Shown: positions 22,214 to 30,534 of the stretch, piece by piece | Layout of the letters: each line of letters begins with the position of its first letter | Numbering within the stretch: the first letter of the stretch is position 1 | Source of the DNA: an uncultured Ignavibacteriaceae bacterium | GTDB lineage: Bacteria; Bacteroidota; Ignavibacteria; UBA10030 | Assembly: GCA_964480945.1 (NCBI GenBank) | Contig: CAYZRX010000005.1 | Span: forward strand, 21,556-85,555 | Direction: 5' to 3' | Length of the DNA stretch: 64,000 nt | The notes under the pieces: model-generated | Told to the model about the DNA's origin: nothing | The model's database searches: none | Seen by the model: the letters and a program-made list of their open reading frames with translations, nothing else | Program-made: the position numbers and the translations under genes

Positions 22214-23089
22214 CTAGGCTCTCCCTTCTGCGAGCCCATTTCTCGTCAGATACGTATAGCTCCTGCCGATCCCGTCAAAGATGTCTTTTTCATACTCATC
22301 GAATTCGACGATCATCCATTGGATGCTCTTTCCTCCTGCTTTCACAATTGGAGGAAAATCCAGGGTTCCTTCGCCTGCTGGGACCTGTTTGTACATCATA
22401 TCGCCTTCGACAGCGGGACCATCTTTGATGTGCAAGAGTGGCGCACGTTTGCTGAAATCGCCAACCACTTTCGCCGGGTCTCTTCCCGCGGTCTTCGCCC
22501 AGTACGTGTCGATCTCGAAGAACACATTTTTGTCAAGGTGTTCGAGAAGATAGTAGAAGGGAACAATCCCATCCGTTTCCTGAAAATCCCACCAGTGATT
22601 GTGGAGGCCAAAGGCGAGTCCGCGTGATTTCAAGAACGCCGACACTTCGTCATACGTAGCTGCAGTGCGCTTGCTCGTTTCGCGATCCTTGTACTTGTCT
22701 CCCTGCGGCCATCCGGGATAAATCACTCGGCTGCAATTGAAAGCTTCCGCCAATTTGAGGACGCCATCGCGGTCATTTCCCACGGGCAGAGGAGTGTGCA
22801 TACCAAAGACCTCCAGTCTGAGATCTTTGAATGCCTTTGCAGCCCGCTCCGTTGTGATCTTTTCCGACAGAGGATAGTACTCGATCCCCCAGAAACCGAT
22901 ATCGGCAATCTTCCGTAGTGTGCCTTCAAAATCCTCTTCAAGCGCCTTTCGGACAGTGTACAATTGAATTCCAATCTTTGCCTTATAGGATGAAATCGGG
23001 CTGAACTTGAAGCCCCCTGTTGCCAGTGAAAGAGTCCCTAGTCCCATGAGCTTCAAAGCGATCCTCCTTGATTGATGAAGAGTTTCCAA
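22214..23089 (-). CDS. Sugar phosphate isomerase/epimerase (xylose-isomerase-like TIM barrel), possible Tat signal
   Basis: GIQLYTVR, GLHNH, FEIDTYW, LHIKD, IVEFD; likely TTG start 23089 behind GAGGAG, SRR motif. Confidence 0.85.
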   Translation of the reverse strand: METLHQSRRIALKLMGLGTLSLATGGFKFSPISSYKAKIGIQLYTVRKALEEDFEGTLRKIADIGFWGIEYYPLSEKITTERAAKAFKDLRLEVFGMHTPLPVGNDRDGVLKLAEAFNCSRVIYPGWPQGDKYKDRETSKRTAATYDEVSAFLKSRGLAFGLHNHWWDFQETDGIVPFYYLLEHLDKNVFFEIDTYWAKTAGRDPAKVVGDFSKRAPLLHIKDGPAVEGDMMYKQVPAGEGTLDFPPIVKAGGKSIQWMIVEFDEYEKDIFDGIGRSYTYLTRNGLAEGRA

Positions 23090-23366
23090 GTTCTTCTCCT
23101 CATTCCTCTGACTGTTTAGGCAGGCCCATTCCGGCATGACGTTCTCTGGCAGAGGATAATACTCGATTCCCACAAATCCAACGCCAGCGATTTTCTCGAA
23201 GTGTGTCTTCGGCAAAGTGGTCATGGAACGTCTCAACGAGTACAAGGGGATGTGTTCGTTGGCATCGCTCGCCAGCCATGCTGCAATTTACGTGGTACTC
23301 AGCAAGAAACGTACTGTAAAGTAACAAGCAGGCCGAAGGGACGCTCCTGAGGTCACGATTCCCACC

Positions 23367-23400
23367 TTTATCATTTTGATTATTGCTTATCAATATAATA
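23367..23400. promoter_or_regulatory. AT-rich operator/promoter element, copy B
   Basis: TTTATCATTTTGATTATTGCTTATCAATATAATA; matches copy A; includes TATAAT at 23394-23399. Confidence 0.6.
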
Positions 23401-24126
23401 GTATGGAGCATTATCCTGCTCCCGCACAGGGCCCCATAGACCTGTTTTTCCCCATATTTCGAAGGGAAGAAGGATGGCTCCCCGCAAAGCGTTGGCATTG
23501 AGATTGAGAGTTTCAGGATAGATTACGCAATCGCACCTTTTCCTTCGGAAGCGGCGCAAAGGGCCTGCATTTCAGAACCCAGAGCTTGATCGCCTCTTAT
23601 CTAAGACCGGTGATTCCAACGAATTTCGGTAAGGATTGCAGTGTGCAATCGCACAATTGACCTCCCTCGCAGCCAACCGTCGAAGAGACAAATGCACTCC
23701 AAAGACCCGTTCGCTTCCGCACCTCTTGCTGATTCGCCGGTGACGTGTGTTCAACAGAGATTTCCGTATCTCACTGGTGTCTCCATTTTCTCTTGTCACT
23801 CGCAATACAAACCTTCCACTCACAACACATCGACAGCGCAATAAAAGGGGGTGAACGATAGAGGGAAATCAGCAATTACAAACAAAGGGGTCAATAAGTC
23901 TCCTCGGGCGTTCAGTGAGAGTTGTTGTGCACGCGCGTAAAGGAGTGCTGACTCGACCCATGCAGTATTATTGACTGTAGTGCCAGTGAGCGACAGCGGG
24001 GAAGCGTTGGTGGGGAACGGTTAGTGAGGAAAACTCGATGAGGAGGAGAGACTGTCACTATGAATCGTGATCGTCACACAATTCATTTCATTCTTCTACA
24101 ACTCAAGACCGGTAAGGAGAAAGGCA

Positions 24127-25956
24127 ATGCGCACCAAAACGATTCTCATGGTTTTGGCCCTCGTAGTACTGATCACGTCGCAGGCTGTGTCTCAGACACC
24201 GGCGCGGGAGTCGTTCAACTATTCGTTCACGACGATCGCCGGATTGGGAACAGCAAGCAACGGTTTCGGGGGACCCTGGGTGGTTGATCCAACTGCTGGC
24301 GGCGTCGAGGGCCTGGTTGCTATTTCGGGGTCACGGTTCAGCTACGGGGATCTCAGTTACGACGTTGCACACGATACTGTCCACTTACAGATCGTGAAGA
24401 GCAACGCATGGTCTGACTTTCAGCGCTACAAACGCCCACTGGCCGCAGCGTGACCAAACACGGCGGGGGCGCACTACTGGGTCAGCTATTTACTCGACGT
24501 AAAAGACACCAACGTAGTAGGAAATACCTATTTCATGGTCAAGTTGTATGATGGCACAAACGAACGGATAGCCATCGGCAAAGGAGGCGGAGCTGATTCG
24601 CCGGTGTTCACCTGCGGCAGTGGTTGGCCTGGGAATGCAGGCGACGATCTCTCCGCAACACCGGTCGCCGCAGGACCGGTATGGCTTGTCGTGCGGATCG
24701 ACATGAATGGCAGCACCACGGAAGATCAAAGAACCTACATGTGGATCAATCCGAATCCTGCCGGTCCGGAGCCGGACACAAGCACCGCGATCGTGAAGCG
24801 TAACTCGACGTTCCCGAACGGATTTGACATGATCGCGATAGAGTTCGGAGGCGACGGTGCCAATGTGCGGCTGGTCTTCGATGAAATCCACATCGCCACC
24901 AGCTTCGCTGATCTGAATGCATCCACCCCCGCAGGTACGGTAGCGCGGGAGTCGTTCAACTATTCGTTCACGACGCTCGCCGGATTGGGAACAGCAAGCA
25001 ACGGTTTCGGGGGACCCTGGGTGGTCGATCCAAGCGCTGGCGGTGTCGAGGGCCTGGTTGCTATTTCGGGGTCACGGTTCAGCTACGATGACCTCAGTTA
25101 CGACGTTGCACACGATACTGTCCACCTGCAGGTCGTGAAGAGCAACGCATGGTCTGACTTTCAGCGCTACAAACGCCCACTGGCCGCAGCGTGACCAAAC
25201 ACGGCGGGGGCGCACTACTGGGTCAGCTATTTACTCGACGTAAAAGACACCAACGTAGTAGGAAATACCTATTTCATGGTCAAGTTGTATGATGGCACAA
25301 ACGAACGGATAGCCATCGGCAAAGGAGGCGGAGCTGATTCGCCCGTGTTCACCTGCGGCAGTGGTTGGCCCGGTGCTTCAGGCGATGATGTCTCCGCAAC
25401 ACCGATCGAAGCAGGACCGGTATGGCTTGTTGCGCGGATCGACATGAATGGCAGCACTACGGAGGACCAAAGAACCTACATGTGGGTCAATCCGAATCCT
25501 GCCGGTCCGGAGCCGGACACAAGCACCGCGATCGTGAAACGTAACTCGACGTTTCCGAACGGATTTGACATGATCGCGATAGAGTTCGGAGGTGACGGTG
25601 CAGATGTGCGCCTGGAATTCGATGAAATCTCCATTTCCCCCACCTTCGCGGGTCTTGCCACCGCCGTACCGTCCGAACCGAGCAGCGTTCCGGCCCAGTT
25701 TGCCCTCCTGCAAAACTACCCCAACCCCTTCAACCCGAGCACGAAGATCCTCTATACTCTGCAGGCGACCGGACAGGTTCGTCTCTCGGTCTATGACCTT
25801 CTCGGGAGGGAAGTGGCTGTGCTGGTAGACGCCGTTCAGCATGCAGGTGAGCATCAGGTTTCCTTCCAAGGACAAGGGCTCCCCAGCGGCGTGTACTTCT
25901 ACAGGCTCCAGTCTGGTCAAGGGCTGATCACGAAGAAGATGGTGCTGATGAAGTAA
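24127..25956 (+). pseudogene. T9SS-secreted tandem two-domain protein interrupted by in-frame TGA at 24451 and 25192 (pseudogene or readthrough gene)
   Basis: Signal peptide MRTKTILMVLALVVL; one reading frame through to CTD QNYPNPFNP..KKMVLMK; the three ORF-track pieces are in frame. Confidence 0.8.
24202..25630 (+). repeat. Intragenic tandem duplication, period 741 bp (247 codons)
   Basis: 24202-~24890 aligns to 24943-~25630; 24392-24602 is identical to 25133-25343. Confidence 0.95.
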
Positions 25957-26004
25957 CGGAATTTCGAAACAGTATCATCGGCGAGAAATCGTCAATGGAA
26001 TTCG

Positions 26005-26039
26005 GGGCCGGGCGAGCAGAGTATCGCCCGGCCCTTTTT
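26005..26039 (+). terminator. Rho-independent terminator
   Basis: GGGCCGGGCGA / TCGCCCGGCCC 11-bp stem followed by TTTTT. Confidence 0.85.
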
Positions 26040-26158
26040 GCTTGAGATGTGTCCGAAGAATTGCATCGGCCGCGCAGAATCATGGAACAATCGTTGAACC
26101 CTGTCTCACTTACAACCCACGAGACGGAAAAAAAACTTCATCAAAGAAGCATACTGTC

Positions 26159-28483
26159 ATGACCTCGTTACGCAAGACACTTCTCAAAACGCTTCTCCTC
26201 GCCGCGCTCTTCCCTATAACGATTTCAGCGCAGAATGCGCCGTCACAGACACTCACGTCCGCACCGTATCGCTGGAAGAACGTGCAGATTGTGGGAGGAG
26301 GGTTCGTCGACGGCATCGTATTTCACCCGACCGCCAGGGGGGTCTGCTATTACCGCACGGATATCGGCGGCGCTTACCGGAGAAACCCCGAAACGATGAG
26401 ATGGGAGCCGCTGCTGGATTGGATTTCCTACGATGACCTGAACCTCATGGGAGTCGAGAGCATTGCGCTCGACCCCTCCGATCCCGACAGGCTCTATCTT
26501 GCGTGCGGCACCTATACCAATTCTCAGAAACCCGATGGTGCGATCCTTCGATCGGAAGATCGCGGCAGGACATTCAAACGCACAAATGTCCCCTTCAAGA
26601 TGGGCGGCAACGAGAATGGCCGCGGGAACGGCGAGCGCATGGCCGTCGACCCGAATGATGGGAAGATCATCTACCTCGGAACGCGACACGCCGGTCTGTG
26701 GAGAAGCACAGACCGCGGAGAGACATGGCGCCGCGTCGAGAGTTTCCCGGACGTGACAGAGTATCCGCCGGCGAGTATTCAGAGCCAGGACAGCATTCGT
26801 TTCTGGCGGTGGCAGAACCAGGGGAGCGGGATCGTGTTTGTCATCTTTGACGGGCGAAGCGGAGCGCGCGGAAGCGCGAGCTCGACGATCTACACGGGCG
26901 TGTCCCTGAGCGGCCGTGAGAATCTCTTCCGCAGCACCGACGCAGGAACCACCTGGCATCCCGTTCCCAGACAGCCAATGCAGTACCGCCCCACCCACGC
27001 CGTGCTCGCTTCCAATGGAACGCTGAACCTCGCCTACGGCTCGAGCCCCGGACCATCACGTATGAGCAGTGGCGGAGTATGGAAGCTCAACACCGATAAC
27101 GGCAAATGGACCGAGATCACGCCCTACAAACCCGATGCCGACAGGAAAAAGGGCTTCGGCTATGCCGCAGTTTCTGTCGACGCACATGATCCCAACACAC
27201 TTATTGCGAGCTCGTTCGGGCGCTTCAGCGCCGCCGGGGAAGATGATATTTTCCGCAGCATCGACGGCGGTCAAACGTGGGCGACTATCTTTGCCGGAGG
27301 GGGTACGTACGATTTCTCCCTTGCCCCTTACGTGGCTCAGACACCGGTTCATTGGCTCTTCGATATCGAAATCGATCCCGCCGATCCGAAGCACGCAATG
27401 TTCACTACGGGTTATGGCGGGTATGAAACGTTCAATTTGACGGACGCCGATGCCGGCAAGCCAACAAAGTGGTGCGTGATGAGCACTGGCATCGAAGAGA
27501 CCGTTGCTCTCGATCTTCTCAGCCCGCCAAAGGGCGCGCACCTGATCTCTGCCATCGGCGACTACTGCGGCTTTGTGCATTGGGATTTGGATAGGCCCGC
27601 GCCTGAGGGTCATTTCGACAACCCGAGATTTGGCAACACGACAAGTCTGGCTTGTGCTGAGAAGAACCCAGATATGATCGTGCGTGTCGGCAGAACGTCA
27701 CATCACAAACCCGGCCTCAACATCGGTTATTCCCTTGATGGCGGCAAGACGTGGCAGCCGACGGCTTCTATGCCCAACGCAGAGACGGGCCTCGGCTCAA
27801 TTGCTGTAGCGTCGGATGGAGCCACGTGGGTCTGGGCACCGGATCCGATCTATCACTACCCTCGTTCGCCTGAACCGACCCCGGTCTGGCTGACGACTGA
27901 TCGTGGTTCAACGTGGGTTCAATGTCAGGGAATTCCGCCGAATACCCGTGTCATTGCGGACCGTGTCAAGCCGAAGCGGTTCTACGGGATGAACTTGTTC
28001 GAAGGGAAGTTTCTTGTCAGTACCGATGGAGGGGCACACTTCGCGGGGTGGCCGTTGAAGCTAGACGGCGGACCTCTTCCTCAACGAGGGAATAGAGGGG
28101 ACAACCGCGGCGGGCAGGATCGCCTGTACGCCGCACCCGATCGCGAAGGAGATCTCTGGATTGCTGCCTTTGACGGGCTGTATCACTCCACCGATGAAGG
28201 GAAGACTTTCTCCGGAATCGAGGGCGTGGAGGAAATCCACGCGTTCGGATTCGGCAAGGGGGCGCCAAGAGCGAGCTATTCCGCACTCTACCTTGTCGGT
28301 ATCGATCGAGGCGTTCGCGGTATCTTTCGTTCGGACGATATTGGACGAACCTGGGTGCGCATCAACGACGATCAGCACCAGTGGGGATTGGTGCTTCAGA
28401 TAACCGGCGATCCGAAGCTCTATGGACGTGTGTACGTCGGCACGCACGGGCGCGGAATTCTCTATGGCGACCCGGTGAAATAG
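26159..28483 (+). CDS. GH74 xyloglucanase
   Basis: GGGFVDGIVF, RTDIGGAYR, SAIGDYCG, RVYVGTHGRG; BNR repeats; signal peptide from 26159. Confidence 0.92.
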   Translation: MTSLRKTLLKTLLLAALFPITISAQNAPSQTLTSAPYRWKNVQIVGGGFVDGIVFHPTARGVCYYRTDIGGAYRRNPETMRWEPLLDWISYDDLNLMGVESIALDPSDPDRLYLACGTYTNSQKPDGAILRSEDRGRTFKRTNVPFKMGGNENGRGNGERMAVDPNDGKIIYLGTRHAGLWRSTDRGETWRRVESFPDVTEYPPASIQSQDSIRFWRWQNQGSGIVFVIFDGRSGARGSASSTIYTGVSLSGRENLFRSTDAGTTWHPVPRQPMQYRPTHAVLASNGTLNLAYGSSPGPSRMSSGGVWKLNTDNGKWTEITPYKPDADRKKGFGYAAVSVDAHDPNTLIASSFGRFSAAGEDDIFRSIDGGQTWATIFAGGGTYDFSLAPYVAQTPVHWLFDIEIDPADPKHAMFTTGYGGYETFNLTDADAGKPTKWCVMSTGIEETVALDLLSPPKGAHLISAIGDYCGFVHWDLDRPAPEGHFDNPRFGNTTSLACAEKNPDMIVRVGRTSHHKPGLNIGYSLDGGKTWQPTASMPNAETGLGSIAVASDGATWVWAPDPIYHYPRSPEPTPVWLTTDRGSTWVQCQGIPPNTRVIADRVKPKRFYGMNLFEGKFLVSTDGGAHFAGWPLKLDGGPLPQRGNRGDNRGGQDRLYAAPDREGDLWIAAFDGLYHSTDEGKTFSGIEGVEEIHAFGFGKGAPRASYSALYLVGIDRGVRGIFRSDDIGRTWVRINDDQHQWGLVLQITGDPKLYGRVYVGTHGRGILYGDPVK

Positions 28484-28532
28484 CACGGGACGGGGAGTCG
28501 AGAAACCCCGTCGATGGGGTCTTCCGTCGTGC
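28483..28532. terminator. Compound hairpin between convergent genes
   Basis: GCACG-GACGG..CCGTC-GTGC outer stem, ACCCC/GGGGT inner stem; no clear U-tract. Confidence 0.4.
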
Positions 28533-28581
28533 GACCGGCGGTGCTTGAAGTGTAAGAGAGCGCCCTCGTTTATACTTCCCT

Positions 28582-30522
28582 TCACTTAATCAATACCATC
28601 ATCTTCGTCCCTCTGTACCCCTCCGTCTGCAGGTTGAAGAAGTACACTCCGCTCGACAGACTCGTCCCCTCGAAGGGGACGTCATAGGTACCTGCTTTTT
28701 GCCTCTCCTTGTCCACAAGCGTGGCGATTTTCCGTCCCATGACATCGTACACCCTTAACGTCACCGTACTCGCTTTTGGAAGTGAGTACGAGATAGTGGT
28801 CCGGGGATTGAATGGATTGGGGAAGTTCTGCTGCAGCTTGAACTGCTCAACAATTCCCGCAGCGTTTCCCTCGACCGAAGAGATAAGCCGACTACCATTA
28901 TCGATCAGGACGAATTCCACGGATCGCGCAGGCGACGCAAGCCTGATCTCATTTTCGATCGGATACGCCCACGCCGGAATGTTAGCCAGACTATCGAGCG
29001 GTCCCCACGTTGCGCCGGTCGGTCCATAGCCGTTGATCACGACGGCCTGCGGCCATTGGCTCTTGTCAATACCGGTCAGCGTAAACGCATAGAACTTCTG
29101 ACCGACACCGATGTTGCTCGGATCTACCTTCACCACATAATCGGCCGACCCTTTGTTCACAAGGACGACGCCTGTGTGTCCAGAGGAGTACCTCGTAGCG
29201 TATGCCAAAATATCGTTATTCCCGCCGGAAGATGTGCTTATTGCGTGATCTCCGACGAACCGTTGCATGTAGGTGAGGTAATAGAAATCGGGTCTAGGAT
29301 TCCAAGGCGGAATGCTGGAGTTGCTTCCATAATAGAACATGCCGTCACTTTCCCAGTTGGCCACAAGCCAGCGTGCGGACATGCCGAAATTATTGTTCAT
29401 CATCTCACCGAGCAAGACAACTGCCTGCATTCCGTTCGCAATGGAGGTCTTCGCATCATCCGGCCCGCCGCAATTCCACTCGGTCACTGCAACCGGTTTG
29501 GGAGAAGCTTGCTTCGCCGCAATGTCCTGCCGGATGAACGAAATGTTCTGGTCGATGGCGGTACGAGCCTCATTCAGCTGACTCTTGATAGTCGTTTTAC
29601 TATTGCCAAAGTAGTTGTGCATGACATAGAAATCGGCCGAATCTCCCACTTCTCTGAAAAACCCATCGTTCCATTTTTGATTGGCAACGTCCCAATCATT
29701 TGTGGCGTCGAAATGAAGAATCTGGCCTCCGATGTACACGGTGGCCCCTACCTCCGCAGCGGCAGCTCTCATCGAGTCTGCAAAAACCTTGAAATGCTTC
29801 CCGTACAACTCGCCGGTTATTGTGTCCGGCTGCCCATCTTGGTTCGTTGAGCGGTCGATCCACCAGCCAGCCTCCCAGGGACCGGCGTTTTCATTACCGA
29901 TTTCCCAGAACTCGGTCCGGCCTCCATCATAGCGCACCCAATCAGCGGCATAGTGAGCGGCCTGTGCAACGGGATTCGCACTCGTGCCATACCGCGCGTA
30001 ACCATAATTAACGGTGATGAGTCCTTGACACCCCAGCTGGCTGCAGAGGTCATAATACTGATCGACCGTAAGTGAATACCACGATCCAATCTGAGGATGG
30101 AACTGACCTTTCGACCAAGTGACCGTCCTCGTATCGTAGCTGTACGCAGAGTCGGGCAAATCGCCGGGGTCCCCATCCCAAAAATAAATATCGGACCAGC
30201 TACCGCCCGGAAAGCGAATGAGGGTGGGAGATAGGAACTGAAGATGGTTCACCAGCGTGGTGTTGTTGACGTTCTGCGATACCCAGACGGCAACGGCATT
30301 CCCAAAGAGATAATTAGAGACTTCGCCGAGCGTGTCCGCTCCGTTGAGAGTGACAGTAACCGTCGGAGTCGCGGTCGTCTTCGACATATCCACGGAGACA
30401 GGAGCGGTCGTGTATTTCGGATAATAGTCCTCGAGAAAGCAATTCGAGCTTTGCTGCGCAAGGACAGGAACCGCAAAGGTGGAAAGCGCAATCCAGACCG
30501 CAAGCATTTGCCCGATTTCCAT
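28582..30522 (-). CDS. Secreted clan GH-A hydrolase (GH51/GH44/GH79-like, arabinofuranosidase-like) with T9SS CTD
   Basis: IRFPGGSWSD, FWEIGNE, AVTEWN; QNFPNPFNP CTD. Confidence 0.7.
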   Translation of the reverse strand: MEIGQMLAVWIALSTFAVPVLAQQSSNCFLEDYYPKYTTAPVSVDMSKTTATPTVTVTLNGADTLGEVSNYLFGNAVAVWVSQNVNNTTLVNHLQFLSPTLIRFPGGSWSDIYFWDGDPGDLPDSAYSYDTRTVTWSKGQFHPQIGSWYSLTVDQYYDLCSQLGCQGLITVNYGYARYGTSANPVAQAAHYAADWVRYDGGRTEFWEIGNENAGPWEAGWWIDRSTNQDGQPDTITGELYGKHFKVFADSMRAAAAEVGATVYIGGQILHFDATNDWDVANQKWNDGFFREVGDSADFYVMHNYFGNSKTTIKSQLNEARTAIDQNISFIRQDIAAKQASPKPVAVTEWNCGGPDDAKTSIANGMQAVVLLGEMMNNNFGMSARWLVANWESDGMFYYGSNSSIPPWNPRPDFYYLTYMQRFVGDHAISTSSGGNNDILAYATRYSSGHTGVVLVNKGSADYVVKVDPSNIGVGQKFYAFTLTGIDKSQWPQAVVINGYGPTGATWGPLDSLANIPAWAYPIENEIRLASPARSVEFVLIDNGSRLISSVEGNAAGIVEQFKLQQNFPNPFNPRTTISYSLPKASTVTLRVYDVMGRKIATLVDKERQKAGTYDVPFEGTSLSSGVYFFNLQTEGYRGTKMMVLIK

Positions 30523-30534
30523 CGCTCCTCCATC

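Noticed and set aside
24451-24500. Selenocysteine at the TGA codons
   Set aside because: The context is not a redox or Cys motif, no convincing bacterial SECIS is present (only a 3-bp GCG/CGC hairpin), and no sel genes are in the window. Not fully excluded without bSECIS and homologue checks.
24202-25630. DGR template/variable repeat pair
   Set aside because: Differences are not adenine-specific and are largely synonymous, both copies are coding, and there is no reverse transcriptase.
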